A stretch of DNA of 43,378 nt, taken from Rhodocyclaceae bacterium. Lineage in GTDB: Bacteria; Pseudomonadota; Gammaproteobacteria; Burkholderiales; Rhodocyclaceae. The notes beneath the pieces are model-generated. The model searched no databases and was not told where the DNA came from. It saw only the letters and a program-made list of their open reading frames with translations. Position numbers and translations under genes: made by a program. Location: positions 1 through 43,378 of the forward strand of contig JAEHDA010000051.1 of NCBI GenBank assembly GCA_016880655.1, written 5' to 3'. Positions within the stretch are counted from its first letter, which is position 1; every line of letters begins with the position of its first letter. This document shows, in pieces, positions 1-10,827 of this stretch.

Positions 1-1859
1 GCCTGGCTCGCTTCGATCACCAGGCTGCCTTGAAGCACGCCATCGTCGAGCGTCAGGCGGCGGGTGGCCGAGAATTCGAGATGGTCGCCGAAGCCGCAGG
101 GCACGTCGCCGTTCTCCAGGATGTAGCGGCCCAGGTAGCCGTCGCAGCTGGGCATGGCGACGTTGAGCCGGATCTCGACGTGGCCGATCGCGGCCGCGCT
201 GCGATAGCGCACCGTCAAGCGGTTGCCGTCCATGCGGTAGGTCTTGGTCAGGTTGCCGGCGCACGCCACGGTCGAGAACGCCGCCTCGCCGGTTTCGCGA
301 TAGTCGTTGATCGGCCGGGGCGGGCCCTCGGTCGGGTACCAGCAGTCGTCGAACATGCCGCGCGCGCGCGTGTCCGGCTCGGCGTCCTGCAACTGGATGG
401 CGTGGCGGAAGGCGACGCGGTCATGCGCCGAATTGATGCCGCCGTGCTGCGCACCGTCTTCGGCCTGGCCATGCGCCGCATGCAGCTTGTCGTGATAGCC
501 CTCGTCATGGCGCCGCAGGGTGTCGCCGAAGTTGTGCGCCAGGGCGAGGCTGGACAGCTCGACCAGCGCCGCATCGCCGTCGGTGCGGACCACGGCGAGC
601 AGGTCGTCGCCGCGCAGGAACAGTTCGTCATGGCCGTCGCAGTCGAGATCGCGCCGCTCGAAAGTCAGCCGTGGCGACACGCCGAGGATTTCGGCTTCGA
701 GCGCCAGCAGGTTGTTCCAGATGGCCCGGCGCAGATGCGGCAGGTACAGGCCGCCGAACAGGCCGTGCCAGTAGGCGTCGTTGGCCTGGGCGCGGTGCAG
801 CATTTCCTGCATCTCGGGCGTGCGCTGCGCGAACGGCAGCGCGGCCAGTTTCGCCGAGACGTCGAGCATGCGCTTGTGCATCCAGTTCGATTCGGGGAAG
901 CGCATGAAGAAGTTGCGCCACATGCCGCCGCGCAGGAAGGGCTTGCGCTGCTCGAAGCGGCCGGCCTGCTTCTCCTGCTCGAGCAGGGCGTGGTAGGCGC
1001 GCGCGGCCGGGCCGGGCAGCGTCCATTCGTTCATCTCGATGTACGAGGTGGTCGGCAGGTAAACGATGCCGCGCGTCGGCTGACGGGAATGGAAATCGGC
1101 GTAGGTGTCGGTCTTGATCAGGGGCGAGGCCAGCACGCCTTCGATGAAGCGCGTCAGCCAGCCCTGCTCGTACACCCAGTGGAAGGTCTCGGGCCAGATG
1201 CCGAACTTTTCGATGTCGTCGAAGTAGACGGCGGCGCGATGACCCTCGCGCGCCTGGTGTTCGAGCCAGGTCACCGCCGCTTCGGCCGGCGAAAAAGGGA
1301 GGCGGTAGCGGGCCTGCTCCGAGATCGGGAAGAGGTCGAGCCTGCGGCCGTCCTCTTCGGTGGTGAAGAAGCTGTCGAGCTTGCCGGCAGGTTCGCCGGC
1401 GCACAGGAAATGGTAGTCGTCGACCGCCACGTACTCGATGCCGCAGTCGGCGAGCGAGGGTACCACTGCCGATTCCCAGACGCGCTCGGTGAGCCAGGCA
1501 CCCTTGGGCCGCTGGCCGAAGATGCGCTCGATCTTGTCGGAGAGCGTCCTGATCTGGCTGACGCGGTCGCGGTGCGGAATCGAGGCGAGCACCGGTTCGC
1601 AGTCACCCGAGCCAAACCACTCGACCTGGCCGCGCCGGGTCATCATCGCCAGCCGCTCCATGTCCTCGGGATAACGCTCGATCAGCCAGTCGAGCAGCCA
1701 GCCGGAGAAGTGCACGCTGAAGCGGAACTCGGGATAACGTTCCAGCGTTTGCAGGAACATGCGGTAGCAGCGGACGTGCGCTTCTTCCATCACGAAGTCG
1801 AAGTTGCCGACCGGCTGGTGGGCATGCACACCGAAGAGCAGGGAGATGGGCTGTGTCAT
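1..1859 (-). CDS. Glycoside hydrolase family 57 protein (alpha-amylase/4-alpha-glucanotransferase-like); 3' end lies beyond the window
   Basis: Absent from the ORF track because it has no in-window stop. Reading the minus strand from ATG 1859 gives an open frame to the window edge: MTQPISLLFGVHAHQPVGNFDFVMEEAHVRCYRMFLQTLERYPEFRFSVHFSGWLLDWL...RPKGAWLTERVWESAVVPSLADCGIEYVAVDDYHF. The HAHQP and WLTERVWE blocks match GH57 conserved regions. Tracked ORFs 30..1973(+) and 628..1404(-) are shadows of it. Confidence 0.8.
   Translation of the reverse strand, partial: MTQPISLLFGVHAHQPVGNFDFVMEEAHVRCYRMFLQTLERYPEFRFSVHFSGWLLDWLIERYPEDMERLAMMTRRGQVEWFGSGDCEPVLASIPHRDRVSQIRTLSDKIERIFGQRPKGAWLTERVWESAVVPSLADCGIEYVAVDDYHFLCAGEPAGKLDSFFTTEEDGRRLDLFPISEQARYRLPFSPAEAAVTWLEHQAREGHRAAVYFDDIEKFGIWPETFHWVYEQGWLTRFIEGVLASPLIKTDTYADFHSRQPTRGIVYLPTTSYIEMNEWTLPGPAARAYHALLEQEKQAGRFEQRKPFLRGGMWRNFFMRFPESNWMHKRMLDVSAKLAALPFAQRTPEMQEMLHRAQANDAYWHGLFGGLYLPHLRRAIWNNLLALEAEILGVSPRLTFERRDLDCDGHDELFLRGDDLLAVVRTDGDAALVELSSLALAHNFGDTLRRHDEGYHDKLHAAHGQAEDGAQHGGINSAHDRVAFRHAIQLQDAEPDTRARGMFDDCWYPTEGPPRPINDYRETGEAAFSTVACAGNLTKTYRMDGNRLTVRYRSAAAIGHVEIRLNVAMPSCDGYLGRYILENGDVPCGFGDHLEFSATRRLTLDDGVLQGSLVIEASQ
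660..683 (+). repeat. 24-nt word copy 1: GAAAGTCAGCCGTGGCGACACGCC (24/24)
   Basis: Inside the GH57 gene and antisense to it. The host reads GVSPRLTF. Confidence 0.9.
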
Positions 1860-1875
1860 TGGGGTTGGCGGGTTA

Positions 1876-3576
1876 TCAGCGGTGTTCCAGAGCCCGGCGC
1901 ATGGAGCCGCCTTCGGCGGTGTCGCTGCCCCGCGAGATCGGCATGTCCAGTTGCGACGGGGGCGGCAGCTTGAGCAGGTGGTAGAGGTTGGCGAGATTGC
2001 GGCGATAGAGCTGGTCGAAACTGGCGACCGCCTGGCTCGGGTTGTAGTCGCCGAACCACCAGAACCAGTCGGAGCTTTCGCAGATCGCCAGTTGGCGTTC
2101 CGCCGCCGCTGACTCTGCGGGCGCGAGGCGAGCGCTGCCGACCACCATGTCGTAGCTCTGCTTGGCGGCGCAGAGCAGGTCCCAGGCGCGATTTTTTTCG
2201 GTGTCGCCGATCCAGGTCGACATCGTTCCGTACACCCAGCTGCCCGCGGTCAGGCCGGTGAGCTGCGCCGCGTGCGGCCGGCTGGCGGCAGGCCGGGCGA
2301 GGATTTCCGCGTAGGTGGTGGTGCGGATGCGCGGATGCTTTTCGAGCAGGCCGTAGAGATCCTCGAAGAAGAAGAAGCCGTTGTACGGATAGTGCTCCCA
2401 GGCGTTTTCCCCGTCGAGGATGATGCTTACCACCGGTCGCTCGCCCGGCGGGCTGTCGGCGAGGATCGCCTCCAGTTGGCCGATCAGGTGCTGGGCGGCA
2501 TCGCGGCCGTGCCATTTGGCGTACTCGAAGCCGATCAGGTCGGAAAGCCGCTCGTCGCGGAAGAACAGCGTGATGCCGGGCGCCTCGGGCAAGGCCCAGG
2601 GCTGGTAGGCGGCACGGTGGCCATTGCCGCCGTGGCTGGCGAGACTGTTGCGCAGCACACCCTCGCCGCTGGCGAGCCAGGCGCAGCCGTGGGCGGCAAG
2701 CTGCTGCACGACCCCGGTCGAGATGGCGCCCTCGGCCGGCCACATGCCCGTGGGCGGCACGCCGAAGCGCCGTGCGTGCGATCTCCGCGCCGCTTCGATG
2801 TGCGCGACGAGGCGCTGGCGCCCGCCCGGGTAGGTGCTGGCCAGCGGCAGCGGCGCTTCGGGCAGGCTTTCGCGGGCGGAGTGAAAGTCGAGCAGCAGCG
2901 GTGCCAGCGGGTGGGTGTCGGGTGTGGCGGAAAGTTCGATCTGGCCGCGCTCCTGCAAGGTGCGGTAACGCGGCACCAGGCTGCGCATGATGTCGCCGAT
3001 CACCCGCAGCAGCGCCAGCCGTTCCGGGTGTCCGTAACCCTCGCCCTTGCTCATCAGTTCGGCGACGAGCGGCTGGCGCCGCCGCTCGGTCTCGCCGATC
3101 CACGCCAGGTGATACCAGGTGACCAGGTCCCCGAAATAGTCGCCGGAAAGGTAGGCGAGCGCCGCGTCGCCCTCGGGCGCCAGGCGTTCGTAGAGATCGT
3201 GCAGGCGCTTGTAGCGCGGGAAAGGCGCCAGCATGGTGTGATGGTTGCTGCGGAAGCAGGCCTCCAGCAGCAGTTCCCGGTCGGCCGTCGTGAGATGCGT
3301 CAGGTCCGGCGTCGCCAGCAGGCGCAACAGCGGTTCGCGGTATTCCCCCGAGTCGACCTGCCGGCAGTAGTCCTCGATCTGGTCGAGCAGCACGGGGACG
3401 AAATTGACCACCGCGTGAACGCCCGGATGCCGCTCCAGGTGGCCGGCCATGTCCGCATAGTCCTTGATGGCGTGGAGATACACCCACGGCAGCACATGCT
3501 CCCCGCTGGAGTGGTCGCGGTAATCCGGCTGGTGCATGTGCCAGAGGAAAACCAGGTCGAGCCGCTTGTCGGACAT
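1876..3576 (-). CDS. Glycoside hydrolase family 57 protein (second, tandem copy; amylase/branching-enzyme-like)
   Basis: ORF 1876..3720 trimmed to ATG 3576: MSDKRLDLVFLWHMHQPDYRDHSSGEHVLPWVYLHAIKDYADMAGHLE...PPTGMWPAEGAIS. The HMHQP and GMWPAEG blocks are GH57-like. The 48 codons upstream of this ATG are Arg/Pro-rich and run across the glgC stop. Confidence 0.8.
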   Translation of the reverse strand: MSDKRLDLVFLWHMHQPDYRDHSSGEHVLPWVYLHAIKDYADMAGHLERHPGVHAVVNFVPVLLDQIEDYCRQVDSGEYREPLLRLLATPDLTHLTTADRELLLEACFRSNHHTMLAPFPRYKRLHDLYERLAPEGDAALAYLSGDYFGDLVTWYHLAWIGETERRRQPLVAELMSKGEGYGHPERLALLRVIGDIMRSLVPRYRTLQERGQIELSATPDTHPLAPLLLDFHSARESLPEAPLPLASTYPGGRQRLVAHIEAARRSHARRFGVPPTGMWPAEGAISTGVVQQLAAHGCAWLASGEGVLRNSLASHGGNGHRAAYQPWALPEAPGITLFFRDERLSDLIGFEYAKWHGRDAAQHLIGQLEAILADSPPGERPVVSIILDGENAWEHYPYNGFFFFEDLYGLLEKHPRIRTTTYAEILARPAASRPHAAQLTGLTAGSWVYGTMSTWIGDTEKNRAWDLLCAAKQSYDMVVGSARLAPAESAAAERQLAICESSDWFWWFGDYNPSQAVASFDQLYRRNLANLYHLLKLPPPSQLDMPISRGSDTAEGGSMRRALEHR

Positions 3577-3587
3577 CTTTGGCGAAC

Positions 3588-4892
3588 CTAGCGAATCTGG
3601 TGGATGCGCTGACCGAGCATCTCGGGCGTCACCAGCGTGACGCCGCGGGCCGAGACGTGGAAGTGCTTGGCATCCGCGATCGGGTCGAAGCCGATCTTCA
3701 TCCCGGCGGGGATCTGGCAATGCTTGTCGACCACGACGCGGCGCAGCCGCGCGCCTTCGCCGATGTCGACTTTGGGCAGGATCACCGAATCCTCGACCAC
3801 CGCCTTGCTATGGACGTGAACGCTGGAAAACAGCAGCGAGCGGCGCACCGCGGCGCCACTGATGACGTTGCCGCCCGAGACCAGCGAGTCGATCGCCATG
3901 CCGCGGCGATCGTCGTCGTCGAAGACGAACTTCGCCGGCGGCAGTTGTTCCTGGTAGGTCCAGATCGGCCATTCCTGGTCGTACATGTTGAGCTCGGGCG
4001 TCACCTTGGTCAGCTCGATGTTGGCTTCCCAGTAGGCATCGACGGTGCCGACGTCGCGCCAGTAGGGCGTGCCGCTGTCGGTGACACCGACGCAGCTGTC
4101 GGCGAAGTTGTGGGCGAAGCAGCGGTAGCGGGAGACGCACTTCGGGATCACGTCCTTGCCGAAGTCGTGCGACGACTTGGGATCGTCGGCATCGCGGATC
4201 AGTTGTTCGAAGAGGAATTCGGCGTTGAAGACATAGATGCCCATGCTCGCCAGAGCCCGGTCCGGCCTGCCCGGCATGGCGGGAGGATCCTTCGGCTTTT
4301 CGAGGAAGCTGGTGACGTGTTGCTGGTCGTCGATGCCCATGACGCCGAAGGCGCTGGCTTCCTCGATGGGCACGTCCATGCAGGCGACCGTCATGTCGGC
4401 CTGCGACTGCGCGTGCTGCGCCAGCATGCGGCCGTAGTCCATCTTGTAGATGTGGTCGCCGGAAAGGATCAGCACATACTTCGGACTGCGCCGGCGGATC
4501 AGGTCGAGGTTCTGGAACACCGCATCGGCGGTGCCCTGGTACCAGTTCTCGGTGATCTGCTGCTGCGCGGGCAGGAGGTCGATGAATTCGTCGAAGCGGC
4601 CGTCGAGGAAGCTCCAGCCGCGCTGCAGGTGCATGATCAGGCTTTGCGCCTTGTACTGCGTGGCGACGCCGATGCGGCGGATGCCGGAATTGACGCAGTT
4701 GGAAAGCGTGAAATCGAGAATGCGGAACTTGCCGCCAAAAGGTACGGCCGGCTTCGACCGCCAGTCGGTGAGCTGCATCAGGCGGCTGCCGCGGCCGCCG
4801 GCCAGGACCATGGCGAAGGTACTGCGAGTCAGATGACTGACGAAACGGCCGTGGGTATCGTGCGGGTCGTTCGATGCCAGGTCTTGCTGCAT
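3588..4892 (-). CDS. glgC: Glucose-1-phosphate adenylyltransferase (ADP-glucose pyrophosphorylase)
   Basis: ORF 3588..4955 trimmed to ATG 4892, which is preceded by [56 protein letters not shown] is the classic GlgC N-terminal signature. Length of 434 aa fits. Confidence 0.92.
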   Translation of the reverse strand: MQQDLASNDPHDTHGRFVSHLTRSTFAMVLAGGRGSRLMQLTDWRSKPAVPFGGKFRILDFTLSNCVNSGIRRIGVATQYKAQSLIMHLQRGWSFLDGRFDEFIDLLPAQQQITENWYQGTADAVFQNLDLIRRRSPKYVLILSGDHIYKMDYGRMLAQHAQSQADMTVACMDVPIEEASAFGVMGIDDQQHVTSFLEKPKDPPAMPGRPDRALASMGIYVFNAEFLFEQLIRDADDPKSSHDFGKDVIPKCVSRYRCFAHNFADSCVGVTDSGTPYWRDVGTVDAYWEANIELTKVTPELNMYDQEWPIWTYQEQLPPAKFVFDDDDRRGMAIDSLVSGGNVISGAAVRRSLLFSSVHVHSKAVVEDSVILPKVDIGEGARLRRVVVDKHCQIPAGMKIGFDPIADAKHFHVSARGVTLVTPEMLGQRIHQIR

Positions 4893-4927
4893 GGGGTATC
4901 CTCCTCTCCAAACTCTAATTATGGCCA

Positions 4928-7091
<2,164 letters not shown>

Positions 7092-7102
<11 letters not shown>

Positions 7103-7460
7103 GCTTGCCTTCCTTGAGCAGGCGGTCGATTTCGATTTCTGCGGCTGCCCAGTCGTCGGCCTCGTTGCCACCGATGAAGCCGCGTCGCTCGGCGATGTAG
7201 TAGGCGGCCATTTCGATGTAGTTGCGGCGCTGGCCAGGATCGACACGCTTGATCCTGGCCTTGGCGACTGCCGGCTTCGCGGTTGCAGCCGTCTTGGTCG
7301 GCGACTTCTTCGCCGTTACGGCGGGCTTGGCGTCGGGCTTTGCCTTCGTGGCCGTTGCTGCGGGCTTGCTGCTCGTCCTGGTTTTCGCGGCAGTCGCTGC
7401 CGGCGCGGCTTTCACCGTCTTCTTCTTGGGGGTAACACTGGTCTTGGCCGTGGCTGCCAT
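7092..7460 (-). CDS. DUF2934-like small protein with Lys/Ala/Pro/Thr-rich (histone H1-like) N-terminal tail
   Basis: The last 122 codons of ORF 7092..8303, starting at ATG 7460 with AGGAGA 6 nt upstream. The N-terminus is [68 protein letters not shown]. The C-terminus [36 protein letters not shown] resembles the DUF2934 core. The rest of the tracked ORF is a shadow over glk. Confidence 0.7.
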
Positions 7461-7537
7461 CGCTGTCTCCTGTGCAAATCTCGTGAAATAGTTATCTTTT
7501 TTTGTTGCAGGAGTATTGCTCCAATGCAATGCCAACG

Positions 7538-8470
7538 TCAAGCACGGGGATTTGCCAGGCAGGCGCCGCCGCGCAGTCCGAGCGACGGGTCGGTGACGAC
7601 GGCGACAGGCATCCGCCGTACCAGTTCGGCGTGTTCGGCCTTGGCGTTGAAGGCCGCCAGGAAGGGGCTCGCTGGCAGGACCGGCAGCAGCCTGGCGGCG
7701 ATGCCGCCGGCAAGATAGACGCCGCCGCGCGCCAGTGCGGCCATGGCCATGTCGCCGGCAAAGGCGCCATAGGCGGAAAGGAAGATGTCGAGCGAGTCGA
7801 GTGCCGGCTGGTCGGCGTCGATCAGGGCCCGGCGGGTGATTTCGGCCGGATCGAGGTCGTCGCCGGCCATGATGCGGTGAATTGCCGCAAGGCCGGGGCC
7901 GGAGATCACACGCTCGGCGGTAACGCGGCCGTGCTCGGCGCGCAGCGCGTGCAGGACGCGATCCTGATCCTCGTCCAGCGGCGCGAAGCCGACGTGACCG
8001 CCTTCGCCCGGCAGTACGCGCCAGCCGTGGCCGTCCGAAGCCAGAATCGCCATGCCGAGCCCGGTACCCGCGCCGATCACCAGCTTCGGCGCATTCACCA
8101 GCGGTTCGCCCTCCTGTAGGTAGACGATGGTTTCCGCCGGCGCGACGGTGACGCCCATCGCCGCCGCGGCGAAGTCGTTGGCCAGCGTGAGGCCGCCGAT
8201 GCGAAAGCGTGCTGCCAGCGCGTCGGCGTCGATGATCCAGGGCAAGTTGGTGAGTCTTGCGTGGCGGCCGTCGTCGCTGATCGGCCCGGCGACGGCGAGG
8301 CAACCTGACGTGATGTGTGCCTGGGTCTTGGCGAGAAAGGCCGCCAGCACCGCAGCGAAATCGGGAAAGTCAGCCGTGGCGACACGCCACTCCTCTAGCG
8401 GCTCGGTGGCCCCCGCTTCGGTCAGCGCCAGCCGGGCATTGGTGCCGCCGATGTCGCCGACGAGGATCAT
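7538..8470 (-). CDS. glk: Glucokinase
   Basis: MILVGDIGGTNARLAL (DxGGTNxR ATP-binding motif), LANDFAAAAMG. At 310 aa it is collinear with enterobacterial Glk as I recall it. Confidence 0.88.
   Translation of the reverse strand: MILVGDIGGTNARLALTEAGATEPLEEWRVATADFPDFAAVLAAFLAKTQAHITSGCLAVAGPISDDGRHARLTNLPWIIDADALAARFRIGGLTLANDFAAAAMGVTVAPAETIVYLQEGEPLVNAPKLVIGAGTGLGMAILASDGHGWRVLPGEGGHVGFAPLDEDQDRVLHALRAEHGRVTAERVISGPGLAAIHRIMAGDDLDPAEITRRALIDADQPALDSLDIFLSAYGAFAGDMAMAALARGGVYLAGGIAARLLPVLPASPFLAAFNAKAEHAELVRRMPVAVVTDPSLGLRGGACLANPRA
8365..8388 (+). repeat. 24-nt word copy 2: GAAAGTCAGCCGTGGCGACACGCC (24/24)
   Basis: Inside glk, antisense, in a different frame from copy 1. The host reads W-RVATADF-P. 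Confidence 0.9.
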
Positions 8471-8471
8471 G

Positions 8472-9278
8472 TCAGACCGCCACCGGTGCCGCGATGTGCG
8501 GGTGCGGGTCGTAGCCTTCGAGCGTGAAGTCCTCGAAGCGGAAGGCGAAGATATCCTTTACGTCCGGGTTGATGCGCATGTTCGGCAGCGGCTTGGTCGT
8601 ACGCGAGAGTTGCAGGCGCGTTTGCTCCAGATGGTTGCTGTAGAGGTGTGCATCGCCCAGCGTGTGCACGAAGTCGCCCGGCTTGAGGCCGACGACCTGG
8701 GCGACCATCATGGTGAGTAGCGCATAGGAGGCGATGTTGAAGGGCACGCCGAGGAAGATGTCGGCGCTGCGCTGGTAGAGCTGGCAGGAGAGCTTGCCGT
8801 CGGCGACGTAGAACTGGAACAGCGCGTGGCAGGGCGGCAGCTTCATCTTCGGTACGTCGCCCGGGTTCCATGCGGAAACGATGTGGCGCCGCGAATCCGG
8901 GTTCTTCTTCAGGCCTTCGATGAGTTCGGCGATCTGGTCGACTTCGCCGCTGGGGTTGTCAACTGAGGGCTTCGGCCAGTGGCGCCACTGGTGGCCATAG
9001 ACCGGGCCGAGGTCGCCGTTCTCGTCGGCCCACTCGTTCCAGATCGAGACCTTGTTGTCCTTCAGCCAGGCGATGTTGGTGTCGCCGCGCAGGAACCAGA
9101 GCAGCTCGATGATGATCGAGCGCAGGTGCAGCTTCTTGGTGGTGAGTGCCGGGAAGCCCTGGGCGAGATCGAAGCGCATCTGCCAGCCGAACACCGAGCG
9201 CGTACCGGTGCCGGTACGGTCGGCTTTGACGTGCCCGCGGTCGAGCACGTGGCGCATGAGGTCGAGATACTGTTGCAT
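8472..9278 (-). CDS. thyA: Thymidylate synthase
   Basis: [31 protein letters not shown]..., the [12 protein letters not shown] active-site Cys block, and DAHLYSNH. 268 aa. The stop lies 1 nt upstream of the glk start. Confidence 0.95.
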   Translation of the reverse strand: MQQYLDLMRHVLDRGHVKADRTGTGTRSVFGWQMRFDLAQGFPALTTKKLHLRSIIIELLWFLRGDTNIAWLKDNKVSIWNEWADENGDLGPVYGHQWRHWPKPSVDNPSGEVDQIAELIEGLKKNPDSRRHIVSAWNPGDVPKMKLPPCHALFQFYVADGKLSCQLYQRSADIFLGVPFNIASYALLTMMVAQVVGLKPGDFVHTLGDAHLYSNHLEQTRLQLSRTTKPLPNMRINPDVKDIFAFRFEDFTLEGYDPHPHIAAPVAV

Positions 9279-9300
9279 GGGAGGCGCATCCGGGCGTGTC

Positions 9301-9306
9301 TATAAT
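9301..9306 (+). promoter_or_regulatory. Candidate -10 box (TATAAT) for the aminopeptidase gene
   Basis: A perfect TATAAT lies 28 nt upstream of GTG 9334, in the 55-nt thyA/aminopeptidase divergent gap. No convincing -35 was seen. Confidence 0.3.
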
Positions 9307-9333
9307 CGTCCGGTCATTCTAAAGGATTGCCCC

Positions 9334-10776
9334 GTGCCCCCTGTTTCGCTGCCCAAACTGATTGTCCGTCCCGACGCCGCCGCGTCGCATCTCCTGTTCC
9401 TGCTGCCGGTCGCCAAGACGCTGCCCCGCGATCTGCCCGAGCGTGCGCGCTGGCAGGCGGTGTTGAAGCGCCGCGACCTGAAGGCCGAGGAACTGGCCAA
9501 GTCGCCGCTGGCCATCGATCTCGAAGACGGCTGCCGCGCCGCCTGCGTGATGGTCGATGAAGCGAAGCCGCGTTTTGAGCGCCTGACGGCGCTGCGCAAG
9601 GCCGTGATGCTGCTGCTCGACGAGGCGCCGACCGGGCTGGCCATCGTTCCGCTCGACGTGTCCGACGATGCGGTGCGTGATGCGGCCTATGTCGCCCTGA
9701 TCAATGCCGTACCCTTGCCGGCGAAGAAGAAGAAACCGGCGAAGGCTCTCCAGGCCCTGACGATCCTGGCGCCGCATGCCGGGGAAGCCGATTTCGGGCA
9801 GGTGGTGGCGCTGGCCGAAGCCAACGTGCTGGCCCGCCAACTCACTGCGCTGCCGCCCAACGAGCTGCCGCCGGCCGCGTATCGCAGGCGCATTCGCGAC
9901 CTGGCGAAGGCCCGTCGCTGGGGCATCGAGGAGTTCGATTACCGCAAGCTGAAGAAGATGGGGGCGGGCGCCTTCTGTGCCGTGGCGCAGGGCTCGGCCC
10001 ACGAAGATGCCGCCATCGTGCATCTGACCTACAAACCCAGGAATGCCAGGCAGCATGTGGCGCTGGTCGGCAAGGGCATCTGCTTCGACACGGGTGGTCA
10101 CAACCTCAAGCCGGCGCGTTACATGGCCGGCATGCACGAGGACATGAACGGCTCGGCGGTGGCGCTGGGGATCCTGCATGCCGCGCAAGCGCTGAAGTTG
10201 CCGGTCGCGCTCGATGTCTGGCTGGCCATTGCCCACAACCATCTCTCGCCCGAGGCCTACACGCAGGGCGACGTCGTGACGGCGCTCGACGGTACCACCA
10301 TCGAAGTGGTGCACACCGACGCCGAGGGGCGCATGGTGCTGGCCGATACGCTGGTGCTGGCGACGAAGGCCAAGCCCGATCTGACGATCGATTTCGCCAC
10401 GCTGACCGGCAGCATGGTATCCGCGCTCGGCAATCGCTATTCCGGCGTCTTCGCTTCCGACCGCGACCTCGCCCATCGTGCGGCGCGGGCCGGGACCGCC
10501 TCGGGCGAGCGCGTCTGTGTGTTCCCGATGGACGAGGACTACGAGGCGGCGCTCGATTCCAAGGTGGCGGACATCAAGCAATGCACGCTGACCGGCGATG
10601 CCGACCACATCCTCGCCGCGCGCTTCCTGCGCCGCTTTGTCGGCGAAAGCCCGTGGCTGCACGTCGATCTTTCCGCGTGCAACTGCGAGGGCGGCCTGGG
10701 CGCCGTCGCCACCGGGCTGACCGGCTTCGGCGTGGCGTGGGGACTGACTCTGCTTGCGGCCTCGGGCGCGGAATGA
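9334..10776 (+). CDS. Leucyl aminopeptidase family protein (peptidase M17)
   Basis: ORF 9052..10776 trimmed to GTG 9334 (AAAGGA upstream). Earlier in-frame starts would overlap thyA. VGKGICFDTGGHNLKP and HTDAEGRMVLAD match the M17 NTDAEGRL signature. Confidence 0.85.
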   Translation: MPPVSLPKLIVRPDAAASHLLFLLPVAKTLPRDLPERARWQAVLKRRDLKAEELAKSPLAIDLEDGCRAACVMVDEAKPRFERLTALRKAVMLLLDEAPTGLAIVPLDVSDDAVRDAAYVALINAVPLPAKKKKPAKALQALTILAPHAGEADFGQVVALAEANVLARQLTALPPNELPPAAYRRRIRDLAKARRWGIEEFDYRKLKKMGAGAFCAVAQGSAHEDAAIVHLTYKPRNARQHVALVGKGICFDTGGHNLKPARYMAGMHEDMNGSAVALGILHAAQALKLPVALDVWLAIAHNHLSPEAYTQGDVVTALDGTTIEVVHTDAEGRMVLADTLVLATKAKPDLTIDFATLTGSMVSALGNRYSGVFASDRDLAHRAARAGTASGERVCVFPMDEDYEAALDSKVADIKQCTLTGDADHILAARFLRRFVGESPWLHVDLSACNCEGGLGAVATGLTGFGVAWGLTLLAASGAE

Positions 10777-10827
10777 GACGATAGAGGCGGTCATGTTGTT
10801 TCAATCTTCAGGAAGCGCACCGGCATC

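Noticed and set aside
30-1973. 647-aa ORF on the plus strand, the longest ORF at the left end
   Set aside because: Its composition is Ala/Arg/Gly/Val-rich with no recognisable motifs. It lies exactly antisense to a minus-strand frame that translates into a clean GH57 protein, so it is a high-GC shadow ORF.
2094-2117. Possible tenth copy of the 24-nt word on the minus strand (CAGAGTCAGCGGCGGCGGAACGCC, 18/24)
   Set aside because: It lacks the invariant AAAGTCAG octamer. By my rough estimate, 18/24 matches are expected about once by chance in a window of this size and composition.
7505-7529. Hairpin TTGCAGGAG-tattg-CTCCaaTGCAA between glk and the DUF2934 gene, as a possible terminator
   Set aside because: On the transcribed minus strand the hairpin is followed by an A-run, not a T-run. 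The T-run precedes it on the plus strand. It therefore does not fit an intrinsic terminator in either direction.
9277-9333. ATG 9277 as the start of the aminopeptidase ([18 protein letters not shown]...)
   Set aside because: It would overlap the divergent thyA start codon and place the TATAAT box inside the coding region. GTG 9334, with an upstream AAAGGA, fits better.
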